Positions 1-10,729 are shown, counted from the stretch's first letter. The stretch: 59,796 nucleotides of DNA from an uncultured Flavobacteriales bacterium (GCA_937900875.1 CALCGD010000016.1:1-59796); one strand, 5' to 3'. Numbers and translations are program-made. Notes: generated by a model from the sequence alone, not told the origin.

Positions 1-1031
1 TTGACGCAACATTGGCGCTTCTTGAAGAAGTGATGATGAAGCCAAAATTCACCGAAGATGAGTACAATCGTTTGAAATTTTCTCAGCTTGAGTCTATTGC
101 AAACCAAGTAAACGAACCAACCACATTGGCAAACAATCAGTTTGACAAAGTTCTTTACGGAGAAGGTCATATCATGGCTATTCCTTCTGCTGGAACCGAA
201 GCAACGCTTGGCGGAGTTACTCTTACCGATGTTCAGGAATTTTATGAGGCGAATTTCGCTCCAAACATCTCCAACCTTGTAGTTGTAGGAGATATTGAAA
301 AAGATGCCATTCTCAGTAAACTAGCTTTCCTTCAATCTTGGGAAAAGAAAGAAGTTACTTACCCAACCGAGCCTGCTACACCAGCGGCTGGAGCAACCAA
401 AATCTACTTGGTAGACAAACCAGATGCAGCACAAAGCGAAGTGAGACTTGGATACCTTTCTATGCCATTTGATGCCACTGGAGATTATTACAAGGCTAAG
501 CTGATGAACTTCAACCTTGGTGGAAACTTCAATAGCCGAATCAATCAAGATCTTAGAGAAAACAAGGGTTGGACCTATGGTACCTACACATATTTCAGCG
601 GAAGCGAGCACGTAGGAGCGTTTGCTGCTGTTGGCGGATTTAAGCGTGAAGCCACTGATAGTGCTGTTGCAGCATATATCGATCACCTAAAGAATTTCTC
701 AGAAAATGGAATTACAGATGACGAATTAACGTTCTTGAAAAGTTCAATCGGACAGAAGGATGCGTTGAAGTACGAAGCTGGATACCAAAAAACAGGTTTC
801 CTAAACACCATTCTTCGTTTCGGGTTAGATGCTAATTACACTGACAAGCAGAACGAGATTCTTAAGAATTTGACCAAAGAAGAAGTCAATGCATTGGCTT
901 TCAAATACGTTGATGCCGAGAATATGGCCATTGTAGTTGTGGGCGATAAAAAGACCATCTATGAAGGACTAAGCAAATTGCCTTACGAGATTGAGGTTGT
1001 TAACCTTAGTGTTGATGTAGCGACAGACTAA
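1..1031 (+). CDS. M16 (pitrilysin/insulinase) family zinc peptidase, C-terminal part; 5' end lies outside the window
   Basis: Frame is open from the window edge. Typical M16 C-terminal motifs: LVVVGD, LGGNFNSRINQDLRENKGWTYG, final IVVVGD. Confidence 0.85.
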   Translation, partial: DATLALLEEVMMKPKFTEDEYNRLKFSQLESIANQVNEPTTLANNQFDKVLYGEGHIMAIPSAGTEATLGGVTLTDVQEFYEANFAPNISNLVVVGDIEKDAILSKLAFLQSWEKKEVTYPTEPATPAAGATKIYLVDKPDAAQSEVRLGYLSMPFDATGDYYKAKLMNFNLGGNFNSRINQDLRENKGWTYGTYTYFSGSEHVGAFAAVGGFKREATDSAVAAYIDHLKNFSENGITDDELTFLKSSIGQKDALKYEAGYQKTGFLNTILRFGLDANYTDKQNEILKNLTKEEVNALAFKYVDAENMAIVVVGDKKTIYEGLSKLPYEIEVVNLSVDVATD

Positions 1032-1054
1032 AAACGTTGAAGTAAATTATTGAG

Positions 1055-1086
1055 AAAGCCGTTTGGGAAACCGAGCGGCTTTTTTT
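1055..1086 (+). terminator. Intrinsic terminator, possibly bidirectional, between the convergent M16 peptidase and tadA
   Basis: AAAGCCGTTTGG-GAAA-CCGAGCGGCTTT hairpin with a GNRA loop, followed by a T run. Confidence 0.8.
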
Positions 1087-1531
1087 ATTTGCGTTTTTTC
1101 TGAAAAAACAGTCTGAGCAGATCTGCACAATCATCCGCCATTATGCCATTCTTCACCTTTGTTTTCGGGTGAAGCAGATTTCCGATTGTGGAGAAACCCC
1201 GCTTTTCATCGCTGGCGCCATAAACCACCGCATCTACCTGACTCCAGAATAAAGCTCCTGCACACATTACGCAGGGCTCAAGCGTCACGTAAACAGTACA
1301 CCCCTTCAGGTATTTACCACCTACATAATCAGCAGCCGAGGTAATAGCTTGCATTTCTGCATGCGCGGTCACATCATTCAACATTTCCGTAAGATTATGA
1401 GCACGAGCAATAATCCGTTGTTTGGCTACAACTACAACACCAACTGGCACTTCATCTTTATCAAATGCTTTTTGCGCCTCTTTCAAGGCTTCCTTCATAA
1501 AATGCTCGTCAGAAAACACACTTAACTCCAT
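1085..1531 (-). CDS. tadA: tRNA-specific adenosine deaminase / nucleoside deaminase
   Basis: HAE...EPCVMC zinc deaminase motif and EVPVG. ATG at 1531 preferred over the upstream TTG. Confidence 0.85.
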   Translation of the reverse strand: MELSVFSDEHFMKEALKEAQKAFDKDEVPVGVVVVAKQRIIARAHNLTEMLNDVTAHAEMQAITSAADYVGGKYLKGCTVYVTLEPCVMCAGALFWSQVDAVVYGASDEKRGFSTIGNLLHPKTKVKNGIMADDCADLLRLFFQKKRK

Positions 1532-1705
1532 GAGGTAAAAATAGTAAGCCGTGAGCAATTGTCTTTGCGACTGAGGAACGAGATTGGCAATAGCTCCAAT
1601 AGATTAATTCCCTTAGACAAACTCTGGGTAGGTTCTCATTCTGCCCTCTTAATCGTGATACCTGTTTTATCGTTTTTCCTTTTCTCTTTTTTCCCTTTAA
1701 CCCAT

Positions 1706-1713
1706 TACCTTTG
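1706..1713 (+). promoter_or_regulatory. Bacteroidota sigma-70 -7 box (TACCTTTG) for aspS
   Basis: Matches TAnnTTTG, 21 nt upstream of the ATG at 1735. Confidence 0.6.
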
Positions 1714-1734
1714 CGCCCTCAAAATCAAGCACAA

Positions 1735-3492
1735 ATGCATCGTTCACACACTTGCGGAGAATTAAGATCAGAACACATTGGTTCTGAAGTAACATTAAGC
1801 GGTTGGGTCCAAAAAGGGCGCGACTTAGGCGGAATGACCTTCATTGACCTTCGCGATAGATATGGCATTACACAGTTGGCATTTAACCTTGATGTGAACA
1901 AAGAGCTTTGCATGCAAGCACGTGCTTTGGGGCGCGAATTCGTTATCAAAGTAAAAGGCAATGTTGCTGAGCGCGAAAGCAAGAACAGCAAAATGGCAAC
2001 AGGCGATGTGGAGATTATCGTTAGCTCGCTCGAAGTATTGAACGCTGCCAAAACACCTCCTTTCACCATTGAAAACGATACCGATGGTGGCGAGGAAATA
2101 AGAATGAAATACCGCTATTTAGATTTGCGCAGACAGAAAATGCGCGCCAACATGGAGTTGCGTCACCGTCTTTCTATCGAAACCAGAAAGTTTATGGATG
2201 AGCAAGGGTTCCTAGAAGTGGAAACACCTTACCTCATCAAAAGTACGCCAGAAGGAGCACGAGATTTTGTTGTGCCATCGCGCATGAATGCAGGGCAGTT
2301 TTACGCCTTGCCGCAAAGTCCGCAAACCTTCAAGCAATTGCTCATGGTTTCTGGGTTTGATAAGTATTACCAAATCGTGCGTTGCTTTAGAGATGAAGAT
2401 TTAAGAGCAGATAGACAGCCAGAATTCACGCAATTGGATTGCGAAATGGCGTTTGTAGAGCAGGAGGATATTCTGAATGTGTTTGAGAAGCTAACGCGTC
2501 ACCTTTTCAAAACCGTTAAAAATGTTGAGTTAAAAGAATTCCCACGGATGGAATATGCCGATGCGATGAAACTTTACGGTTCAGACAAGCCCGATATCCG
2601 TTTTGAAATGCAATTCGTAGAACTGAACCATGTGGTTCAAGGCCAGGGGTTTGGAGTGTTTGACAATGCCGAATTAGTGGTTGGCATCAATGTAAAAGGC
2701 GGAAACGAATTCACCAGAAAGCAGATTGACGGTTTTACAGATTTCGTAAAGCGTCCGCAGATTGGGGCCACAGGGTTAATCTATTGTCGCCACAATGAAG
2801 ACGGAACCTTCAAAAGTTCGGTAGATAAATTCTTTGCTGAGGATAAACTGGAAGGTTGGAGCAAAGCCTTCGGTTCCGAAGCCAACGACCTCATGTTTGT
2901 AATGGCTGGAACAGAAGAAAAAGTGCGCAAGCAACTTTCAGAGCTTCGCCTGCATATTGCAGAACTGCAAGGCTTGATGAATCCGGAGCAGTTTGCTCCG
3001 CTTTGGGTTGTTAATTTCCCGCTGTTGGAATGGGATGAAGACACCAACCGTTTCCACGCTATGCACCACCCTTTTACTTCGGCAAAGCCAGAAGATTTAC
3101 ACTTAATGGACAAGGAGCCCGGAAAGGTGAGAGCTAATGCGTACGACCTTGTTATTAATGGAACCGAATTGGGTGGTGGTTCAATTAGAATTCACGATAA
3201 AGGGCAGCAAAAACGCATGTTCGACTTGCTTGGGTTTACCGAAGAAGAAGCTAAAAACCAGTTTGGATTCTTGATGGATGCCTTTGAGTTTGGAGCACCT
3301 CCACACGGTGGTATTGCGTTTGGGTTTGATAGACTATCTGCCATTTTCGGTGGTCAAAAAGACATCAGAGACTTTATCGCGTTCCCAAAAAATAATTCTG
3401 GAAGAGATATGATGATAGACTCTCCATCAATCATTGATAAGGCTCAGCTAGATGAGTTGAACATCAAGGTTTTAGCCAAAGAAAAGGCCTAA
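1735..3492 (+). CDS. aspS: Aspartate--tRNA ligase
   Basis: [10 protein letters not shown] start, [45 protein letters not shown]. Confidence 0.97.
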   Translation: MHRSHTCGELRSEHIGSEVTLSGWVQKGRDLGGMTFIDLRDRYGITQLAFNLDVNKELCMQARALGREFVIKVKGNVAERESKNSKMATGDVEIIVSSLEVLNAAKTPPFTIENDTDGGEEIRMKYRYLDLRRQKMRANMELRHRLSIETRKFMDEQGFLEVETPYLIKSTPEGARDFVVPSRMNAGQFYALPQSPQTFKQLLMVSGFDKYYQIVRCFRDEDLRADRQPEFTQLDCEMAFVEQEDILNVFEKLTRHLFKTVKNVELKEFPRMEYADAMKLYGSDKPDIRFEMQFVELNHVVQGQGFGVFDNAELVVGINVKGGNEFTRKQIDGFTDFVKRPQIGATGLIYCRHNEDGTFKSSVDKFFAEDKLEGWSKAFGSEANDLMFVMAGTEEKVRKQLSELRLHIAELQGLMNPEQFAPLWVVNFPLLEWDEDTNRFHAMHHPFTSAKPEDLHLMDKEPGKVRANAYDLVINGTELGGGSIRIHDKGQQKRMFDLLGFTEEEAKNQFGFLMDAFEFGAPPHGGIAFGFDRLSAIFGGQKDIRDFIAFPKNNSGRDMMIDSPSIIDKAQLDELNIKVLAKEKA

Positions 3493-3513
3493 CTATTAGG
3501 TGATTTTAAGACT

Positions 3514-3521
3514 TATATTTG
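3514..3521 (+). promoter_or_regulatory. -7 box (TATATTTG) for wza-wzc; 4 nt before the ATG, so possibly leaderless
   Basis: Perfect TAnnTTTG match. Confidence 0.6.
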
Positions 3522-3525
3522 CGCC

Positions 3526-4287
3526 ATGAAATTTCGCCCAGCAATTCTGCTGACTTTGCTTGTCTCAGTTCTTTTTCTTTCTCAGTCTTGTATGACTAGA
3601 AAGGATATTTCTTACTTCCAAGACATTTCGGATACGTTAAGCGTGCAAAAAATTACTCGTGACTTTGAAGCGATTATTCAAGGAGGCGATATTCTATCAA
3701 TTCACGTAACGAGTTTGAGCAAAGAAGCAAGTAGCTTCTTTAATGTAGTAGGAGAAACCACCGACCAACAAGTGGCAAATACCTACCTGGTAAATGCTGC
3801 CGGCAATATTGAAATGCCATTGATAGGTACCGTTCAGGTTTCGGGAAAAAGCACACAAGAGGCCAAGCTAGCTGTTAAAACAAAGCTTGAGCAGTACTTG
3901 GTTGACCCGACCGTCAACCTAAGAATTAGAAATTTTAAGGTTACAGTGTTGGGAGAGGTAAAAACACCAGGCGTTTACACCATTCCAAACGAAAAAATAA
4001 CACTTGTAGAGGCCATTGGATTGGCTGGAGACCTTACAATTTTCGGAAAACGAATTGATGTTTTGGTAATAAGAGAAGAAAATGGAGAACGCAAATTTTT
4101 TAAAATTGACTTAAGGTCAAAAGCGTTCTTTGAATCTGACTTTTACTACCTACATAGTAATGATATTGTGTATGTAGAACCAGGCAAGGGGAAAATAGCT
4201 TCGGCCGATGCTTGGTATAGAATAATCCCGATGGTGTTGAGCGGACTTACCGTAATCGGACTATTCATTTCTCGAATTAACTTCTAG
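3526..4287 (+). CDS. wza: Polysaccharide export outer-membrane lipoprotein (Wza/OPX)
   Basis: Lipobox-like SQSC, Poly_export segment (GDILSIHV...GNIEMPLIG), SLBB segment VTVLGEVKTPG. Confidence 0.88.
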   Translation: MKFRPAILLTLLVSVLFLSQSCMTRKDISYFQDISDTLSVQKITRDFEAIIQGGDILSIHVTSLSKEASSFFNVVGETTDQQVANTYLVNAAGNIEMPLIGTVQVSGKSTQEAKLAVKTKLEQYLVDPTVNLRIRNFKVTVLGEVKTPGVYTIPNEKITLVEAIGLAGDLTIFGKRIDVLVIREENGERKFFKIDLRSKAFFESDFYYLHSNDIVYVEPGKGKIASADAWYRIIPMVLSGLTVIGLFISRINF

Positions 4288-4288
4288 G

Positions 4289-6697
4289 ATGACTGAAAAT
4301 AAGGACCACCGAGATTCCAATGCGGATGAGATTGATGTTTTAAAAATTGGCATCCTTCTTCTGGAAAATTGGTACTTCTTTGCCGCATCAATTATTCTTT
4401 GCCTGACCATTAGTTACGCATATACTTGGTATGTGCATCCGGTGTACGAAATGACCACAACCGTTTTGGTAGAAGATGATGGAAACGACATCTCACAAGG
4501 CATTTTAGATGAGGTTGGGGTTATTGGAAAAAAGAGAAACATTGAGAATGAAATTGCCATTCTTAATTCTCGAAGCTTGGTAGAAAAAGCAATGACCCAG
4601 CTTGACATCAACGTCAGTCATCTTGTCCATTTAGGACCACGGCAAAGGGTTTTGTACCAGAACACGCCAATTAAACTAGAATACGCGCTTACCAACCCAA
4701 CCCAAAAAGCATTTGCATTTCATGTTACATTGAATGAAAATGGGAAAACAGCGATTGTTGAATATGATTTTGAGGACGAATCGTACGAGCAAACCATTGA
4801 ACTTAGTCAGCCCTTTGAAAACAAACTGGGTACGTTTAATCTTGTGCCTACAGGCGTCTTTGATGAGTATGTAAATGCTGATGATCCGATTAGCTTAGAA
4901 TATACCCTTATCTATCAAAGCAACGAGCAATTAACCACCAACTATTTGATGCAACTAATAGTTGGAGAAGCAAGAGAAAAGGCAAGTATTTTAAGGCTAA
5001 CACTTAGAGATGAAAGCGGTCAGCGCGGGGTTGACGTGCTTAATGCATTATTGAATGTCTACATCCAAAACAACATTGAGAAAAAGAATCAATTGGCTTC
5101 GAACTCTTTGAAGTTTATTGATAATCAATTGAGCTTAATAACTACCGACCTCAGTTCGTTGGAATCTGAGATTAAGGCATTTAAAACCAAGCATGGCGTA
5201 TCTGACGTAAGTGCCGAAGCTAATTTCTTTCTAACCCAAGTAGGCACACTTGACCAAACTATTTCAGAACTGGATGTTAAGTTAAGTATCATCAATTATT
5301 TGGAGGAGTACGTGGCCAACGATAGAGATTTGAAAAATGCTTCTCCTTCGAGCCTTGGGATAGAGGACCCGCTGTTGCAGCAACTTATCGTGACGTTAAG
5401 TCAGCTTGCATCAGAGAGAGAAAGCATGCTTCGTTTTACCAAGCAAGACAACCCATTAATTACTTCGATTGATGCAAAAATTGAGGATGCCAAGCAATCT
5501 CTTACCAATAACATGGCTAGTATCCGAAATGGACTAGAGGCTTCAAAAAGGGAGGTTAAAGATCAGCTTGATTTGGTGGAAAAAAAGGTGAAAACCTTGC
5601 CCAAGGCTGAATACGAATTACTCGCACTACAACGTCAGTACACAATTAAGGAGAGTTTGTATTTGCTGCTTCTAGAGAAGAAATCGGAAAACTCCATTAT
5701 GCTTGCTTCTACGGTTTCGGACAATATGATTATTGACCGAGCACGGGCATCTGAAGAACCAGTGAAACCGAAGAAAAGCAAGATTTATCTGATGGGACTT
5801 GCTGTTGGCTTGGCCATTCCATCACTCTATATTTTATTAATTCTGTTTTTCGATAACCGAATTAAAGGAACAGACGATTTAAATAAAGCAACCAATATTC
5901 CTTTTCTTGGAATCATTCCTCACTATGACAGTTCTGACTATCTAGTAGTTCAGGATAAATCGAATTCGGCCATTGGCGAAGCATTTAGATCAGTTAGAAC
6001 CAACCTTTCGTTTGTTATTAGGCGAGAGACGTTGCCCGAAGGTGTATCTCCAAAAGTGGTGCAACTAACTTCTGCCGTTGGTTCTGAAGGAAAATCGTTC
6101 AGCTCAATAAACCTTGGTGCTTCCTTAGGGTTGGGGGGTGCGAAAACCATTGTTGTTGGTTTAGACCTCAGAAAGCCTAGACTAGCCGACTACTTTGCCA
6201 TTCCAAATGATGTAGGGTCTAGCTCCGTCTTAGCAGGAATTAATACGCTGGATGAAGCTATTCGTGGAACAGAAAGCCCTGGGCTAGATGTTCTTGTTGG
6301 TGGCCCAATTCCGCCAAACCCATCGGAACTCCTAATGAGTCAGTCGTTACCCAACATGCTAAAAGAACTTACTGATCGGTACGACTATGTTGTTTTGGAT
6401 ACGCCACCAATTGGTTTGGTAACAGACAGCCTCATTATTTCAGAACATGCCGCCACTACCATTTATGTGGTTCGTCAGAATGTTACAAATGCTTCTAGCC
6501 TCGGTTATGTAAATGACCTTTACAATGGCGGCAAAATTAAAAGCCTATCCATTCTCTTTAATGATGTGAAAATGTCTCGTTTAGGAAGCAATTATGGATA
6601 TGGCTATGGCTATGGTTACGGGGGTGGATACTACTCAGAGCCAGAGGATTCTGGGTCATTACTGAATAAAGTGAGAAGATTTTTTGGCAGGTATTAA
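4289..6697 (+). CDS. wzc: Polysaccharide co-polymerase / BY-kinase (Wzc)
   Basis: Two TM segments flank a coiled-coil periplasmic region. Walker A EGKS, DLRKP, VVLDTPP, and a C-terminal YGYGYGYGYGGGYY tyrosine cluster. Confidence 0.92.
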   Translation: MTENKDHRDSNADEIDVLKIGILLLENWYFFAASIILCLTISYAYTWYVHPVYEMTTTVLVEDDGNDISQGILDEVGVIGKKRNIENEIAILNSRSLVEKAMTQLDINVSHLVHLGPRQRVLYQNTPIKLEYALTNPTQKAFAFHVTLNENGKTAIVEYDFEDESYEQTIELSQPFENKLGTFNLVPTGVFDEYVNADDPISLEYTLIYQSNEQLTTNYLMQLIVGEAREKASILRLTLRDESGQRGVDVLNALLNVYIQNNIEKKNQLASNSLKFIDNQLSLITTDLSSLESEIKAFKTKHGVSDVSAEANFFLTQVGTLDQTISELDVKLSIINYLEEYVANDRDLKNASPSSLGIEDPLLQQLIVTLSQLASERESMLRFTKQDNPLITSIDAKIEDAKQSLTNNMASIRNGLEASKREVKDQLDLVEKKVKTLPKAEYELLALQRQYTIKESLYLLLLEKKSENSIMLASTVSDNMIIDRARASEEPVKPKKSKIYLMGLAVGLAIPSLYILLILFFDNRIKGTDDLNKATNIPFLGIIPHYDSSDYLVVQDKSNSAIGEAFRSVRTNLSFVIRRETLPEGVSPKVVQLTSAVGSEGKSFSSINLGASLGLGGAKTIVVGLDLRKPRLADYFAIPNDVGSSSVLAGINTLDEAIRGTESPGLDVLVGGPIPPNPSELLMSQSLPNMLKELTDRYDYVVLDTPPIGLVTDSLIISEHAATTIYVVRQNVTNASSLGYVNDLYNGGKIKSLSILFNDVKMSRLGSNYGYGYGYGYGGGYYSEPEDSGSLLNKVRRFFGRY

Positions 6698-6736
6698 ATA
6701 GTACCTGTATTTATTGGATAAAAAGAGACAGTACGG

Positions 6737-8422
6737 TTAATAACCGATAGTCAATCCAAGAGATAAGTGATGCGGCCCACTAGCTCCATAAGCAGCAGGC
6801 AAAAACGTATAAGCACCGCTTCCAGTCTCCTTTAAAAACTGGTAACCAACAGCTACGTTTACATCTTGTGCAACGGAATAAGAGACCCTCAATCTAGCGT
6901 CATACCTTCTTACTGTTTCGGTATTAATAAACGGTAAACCGGTTCCGTCCTTGCCCTCATTATAGGCATAATCAGTCCCTTTTCTAACGAGGCCAAAAGA
7001 AGTTCGCACGTGTAGTCTAGAAATTGGTTTGTAAACTAGAGACACAAAAAACTCTTCAGCATTATCGCCTAAATAATGTCCTATTCCGTAAGAATTAGAC
7101 GCAAATGTGGTAGTAGACACAAAATGCTTGTATGCCATTGGATTGGTTCGTGTATACTCTAGTATTAGGCTCAGATTTACATTACCGGGAGCCGTGAATC
7201 TAGCACCAACTTTATAACTCATATGATTGCGCGAATTATTCTTATCCGTAGCGGTAGAAAGCCTTACTTCATCTACAAAAAAGCTAAAATAGAGTTGTAG
7301 ATACTTGATGTTTCGAGACATCAAATTGAGGAACATTTGTGAGTTCTGTCCTCCAAAATTACTGTTGCTACTAGTGCTGTTAAGGGTATGATCTACCGAT
7401 TTATAGAATAGGAACGGAATTAAGTAAACAGGATTAAACCTATCTGAGTAAATGACGCTATTGCCAGCAGAAAAGTACAAGCCCTTCACTGGACGAATGG
7501 TAAACATGTTGGCAGCCATGTATTTAGATCGCATTATTTCTCGGTAACCTCCGCCAGAATTATAACTAGCAGCAGAATCAACTTCATCAGAAATTAGCCA
7601 GGCATGGATGTAGTGAAACGAAAACCAATCCAATGGATTCAAGTCCAATTTTATCATTGGAAATGAAGGGGTTCTACCTGAAATAATATTTGAACCATTA
7701 TAATTACTTCCCCACTGTATGTGGTCTTTTACTAATGAAAGAGACGCCCATTTTACACTGGCCGATATTCCCGCACGCATTTCACTGTAATCAAGTCCTG
7801 TTTTGTAATTGACTCCCATTCTTTGGGTAAGAAAGGTCTCGTCACTCATTACTTCGGTATCCGAATTATCTCGTATCTCGGCATAAAAAGAGAAATACTT
7901 AGAAATGTTACCATACATTCTGGCGCCCAATGAATATTGGTAATTGAACTCTGAGCCAGAAAGAACCCCCTCACCACCAAATATTGGGTTAACTGTAAGG
8001 TTGAAAAGTGAGTCTTTGTAATGAACTAAATCGTACCTCTTTTCTCGTTTTCTAAGAGGAAAAACATCGCCACGTTTTAATCCCTTTCCTAAAAAATCAA
8101 ATCCGTAATAGCTTGGAGATTCTTTGATGAAGTCTTGTAAATAGAACTTAAGTTCCTTTTGCTGACGCGAATTAAGCGACTCTGATTTTTCTTCAGCTTC
8201 GTGTAAATAACTGTAAATCTGCAATCGAGAAAGTGGCAGAACTACGTTATTCAACTGTATTGCTTTTAAAGAAGACAATTCTTCTAAAAACTCGTAAACC
8301 CTATCGTTAGAAACGTGATAAGGAACGTTTTGGGCAAATGCCGTCAGCGCTATGCAAACCCCGAATAGCAGACTCAACAGCGCCTTGGTAACTCTCTGCA
8401 TAAGTTGATTGTCTTTTTTCAC
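6737..8422 (-). CDS. Outer-membrane beta-barrel, capsule assembly Wzi-like protein
   Basis: Signal peptide (ALTAFAQ), alternating beta-strand pattern, terminal aromatic residue (LTIGY), last gene of the polysaccharide locus. Start is uncertain (GTG 8422 or ATG 8401). Confidence 0.6.
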   Translation of the reverse strand: MKKDNQLMQRVTKALLSLLFGVCIALTAFAQNVPYHVSNDRVYEFLEELSSLKAIQLNNVVLPLSRLQIYSYLHEAEEKSESLNSRQQKELKFYLQDFIKESPSYYGFDFLGKGLKRGDVFPLRKREKRYDLVHYKDSLFNLTVNPIFGGEGVLSGSEFNYQYSLGARMYGNISKYFSFYAEIRDNSDTEVMSDETFLTQRMGVNYKTGLDYSEMRAGISASVKWASLSLVKDHIQWGSNYNGSNIISGRTPSFPMIKLDLNPLDWFSFHYIHAWLISDEVDSAASYNSGGGYREIMRSKYMAANMFTIRPVKGLYFSAGNSVIYSDRFNPVYLIPFLFYKSVDHTLNSTSSNSNFGGQNSQMFLNLMSRNIKYLQLYFSFFVDEVRLSTATDKNNSRNHMSYKVGARFTAPGNVNLSLILEYTRTNPMAYKHFVSTTTFASNSYGIGHYLGDNAEEFFVSLVYKPISRLHVRTSFGLVRKGTDYAYNEGKDGTGLPFINTETVRRYDARLRVSYSVAQDVNVAVGYQFLKETGSGAYTFLPAAYGASGPHHLSLGLTIGY

Positions 8423-8477
8423 GAGGGGGTGTATTGTATGACTGTCTTATCCGTTAAGCTCAGATAAGTTTCTCTAA

Positions 8478-9572
8478 TTATACTGAATACTTGGCACAAA
8501 GAATTTCAGCTATTCTATCGGAAGTATTACCATCCCAAAGCGCTGGAATTTCGCCCTTTTTCCACTGTCCTTGCAGCATTTTCTCAATCCATTGCCCAAC
8601 GTTGGCAGGATTTGCTCCAATTAATTCGTTCGTTCCTACTGTAACAGTTTCTGGTCTTTCGGTAGAATCACGCAATGTGATGCAAGGAATTCCAAGCACT
8701 GTAGTTTCTTCCGTAATTCCACCCGAATCAGTTACAACTCCTGCAGAATTCTTTATCATATAGATGAACTCAAGATAGCTTAAAGGACCTGTCATAATTA
8801 ATCTCGAATCAGAGAAGTTTGCTTTTTCCAACACTTTTGCTGTACGAGGATGGACAGGGAAAATGATTGGGTAATCTCCAGCACTGGCTAGAATATTTTG
8901 GACCAATGAAACAAGCTCATTCTCCTTGTCTACATTAGAGGGGCGGTGCAAAGTCAGAACCAAATAACCCTTAGACTTTAGATTGTTTTCTGCATACAGG
9001 TCTGGCTCAATCAAATGGTCTAACCGATGATAAAGTGTATCAATCATGGTGTTACCCACAAAATGAATATTCTCTTTCGAATGACCTTCTTTCTGTAAAA
9101 TCTCTCCAGCCAAGGTGGTTGTGGTAAAAAACAAATCGCTTATAGAATCGGTTACCATCCGGTTAATTTCTTCAGGCATAGTTCTATCGCCTGACCTAAT
9201 ACCAGCTTCAACATGGGCTACATCAATACACAGCTTTTTGGCAGTAACACTGCAGGCCATGGTAGAAGTTACATCTCCAACTACAAGCACAATGTCTGGT
9301 CTATTTGCTATTAACTCAGCCTCGAAACCAACCATAATGGCGGCTGTTTGTTCGGCTTGAGTGCCACCTCCTGCTTCTAAATTCACATCTGGTTCTGGGA
9401 TTTCTAATTGCTCAAAAAAATCTCCACTCATCTTTTTATCGTAGTGCTGACCGGTATGAACTAGTCGTCCAATAATGTCCTTTCCTTCGCTCCTTTTTTT
9501 TCTAATAGCCCGAATGATGGGGGCAATTTTCATGAAATTAGGTCGAGCTCCAGCTACGATAGTAATTTTCAT
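8478..9572 (-). CDS. wecB: UDP-N-acetylglucosamine 2-epimerase, non-hydrolysing (WecB/WbpI-like)
   Basis: GARPNFMK, HTGQHYD, HVEAGIRS, PEEINR, TDSGGITEE, TERP. Confidence 0.92.
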   Translation of the reverse strand: MKITIVAGARPNFMKIAPIIRAIRKKRSEGKDIIGRLVHTGQHYDKKMSGDFFEQLEIPEPDVNLEAGGGTQAEQTAAIMVGFEAELIANRPDIVLVVGDVTSTMACSVTAKKLCIDVAHVEAGIRSGDRTMPEEINRMVTDSISDLFFTTTTLAGEILQKEGHSKENIHFVGNTMIDTLYHRLDHLIEPDLYAENNLKSKGYLVLTLHRPSNVDKENELVSLVQNILASAGDYPIIFPVHPRTAKVLEKANFSDSRLIMTGPLSYLEFIYMIKNSAGVVTDSGGITEETTVLGIPCITLRDSTERPETVTVGTNELIGANPANVGQWIEKMLQGQWKKGEIPALWDGNTSDRIAEILCAKYSV

Positions 9573-9617
9573 TTTTTATCCGTCAATTAGAATTTGCTTT
9601 ACCTGTTGGTTCATTTA

Positions 9618-10721
9618 TCAAACGTTGAAAAAAGAGCGAACCGATTTTACAACATGCTCAATTTGAGCATCGGTCAATTCTGGGAACATGGGTAATGACA
9701 GGATTTCGTTTTGTGCTTTATACGCTACCGGAAAATCTCCTGGCACATGATTAAGGTAGGCATATGCTGGTAGTAACGGTAAAATTCGTGGATAATGGAT
9801 GGCAGTAGACACTCCATTTGCCTCTAAATGCGCGGCTAACTCATCACGTTTTTCTGTTCGTAATACAAACAGGTGAAACGAGTGTTTACTATTAGGTCTA
9901 ATAACTGGAAGTGCTAGGCCAGGAATACCAGACAAACCATCGGTATACTTCTTTGCGTTACTAATTCGCATATCAGTCCATTTGTTTATGTACTGAAGCT
10001 TGACTGTTAAAACTGCAGCCTGAATACCGTCTAACCTGCTGTTTATCCCTTCTATTTCGTGTGCGTGTTTTTTAAGAGAGCCGTGGTTGGCATACATTCT
10101 CATTTTCTGAGCCAACTCATCGTCATTGGTAACGATACATCCGGCATCCCCATAAGCACCAAGATTTTTCCCAGGATAGAAGCTAAATGTGCCAGCATTT
10201 CCGGTAGTTCCTGCCAACACTCCGTTTAGGGCAGAAAAATGAGATTGCGCACAGTCTTCTACCAAAAAGAGCGAATGCTTATCGCATATAGCTTTAATCT
10301 TAGCTATCTCACTCATTTGTCCGTGCAAATGAACAGGAACAATGGCCTTCGTGCGAGACGTGATTTTCCCTTCAATTTGAGCAACATCAATACTAAAGAA
10401 CTCGTCCATATCAACGAAAACTGGAGTTGCCCCTGTCTGTGTAATAGTCTCCGAAGTTGAAATCCAACTGTTGGCTACAGTTATCACTTCATCTCCTTGC
10501 CCTACACCTAACATCTTAAGAGCAATGTAAATGGCATCGGTTCCGTTAGCTACAGAAACACAATTTCTTACACCATACTCCTTTTCGAACGCTTGTTCAA
10601 AATCCTTTACAACCTGGCCTCCAATAAAAGCGGTTTCTTCAAGCACATTGCCAATTGCAGCGTCCATTTCTGGCTTGATTGATAGATACTGCGCTTTAAG
10701 GTCAACAAACGGTACTTCCAT
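9618..10721 (-). CDS. DegT/DnrJ/EryC1/StrS PLP-dependent sugar aminotransferase (WbpE-like)
   Basis: VPFVDLKAQY, EDCAQS, SFYPGKNLGAYGDAG (PLP lysine), NSRLD. Confidence 0.92.
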   Translation of the reverse strand: MEVPFVDLKAQYLSIKPEMDAAIGNVLEETAFIGGQVVKDFEQAFEKEYGVRNCVSVANGTDAIYIALKMLGVGQGDEVITVANSWISTSETITQTGATPVFVDMDEFFSIDVAQIEGKITSRTKAIVPVHLHGQMSEIAKIKAICDKHSLFLVEDCAQSHFSALNGVLAGTTGNAGTFSFYPGKNLGAYGDAGCIVTNDDELAQKMRMYANHGSLKKHAHEIEGINSRLDGIQAAVLTVKLQYINKWTDMRISNAKKYTDGLSGIPGLALPVIRPNSKHSFHLFVLRTEKRDELAAHLEANGVSTAIHYPRILPLLPAYAYLNHVPGDFPVAYKAQNEILSLPMFPELTDAQIEHVVKSVRSFFNV

Positions 10722-10729
10722 GTATTTGA

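Noticed and set aside
6593-6622. Tandem TATGGN hexamer repeat
   Set aside because: It encodes the normal YG tyrosine cluster of Wzc. Third positions vary, so it is not a contingency repeat.
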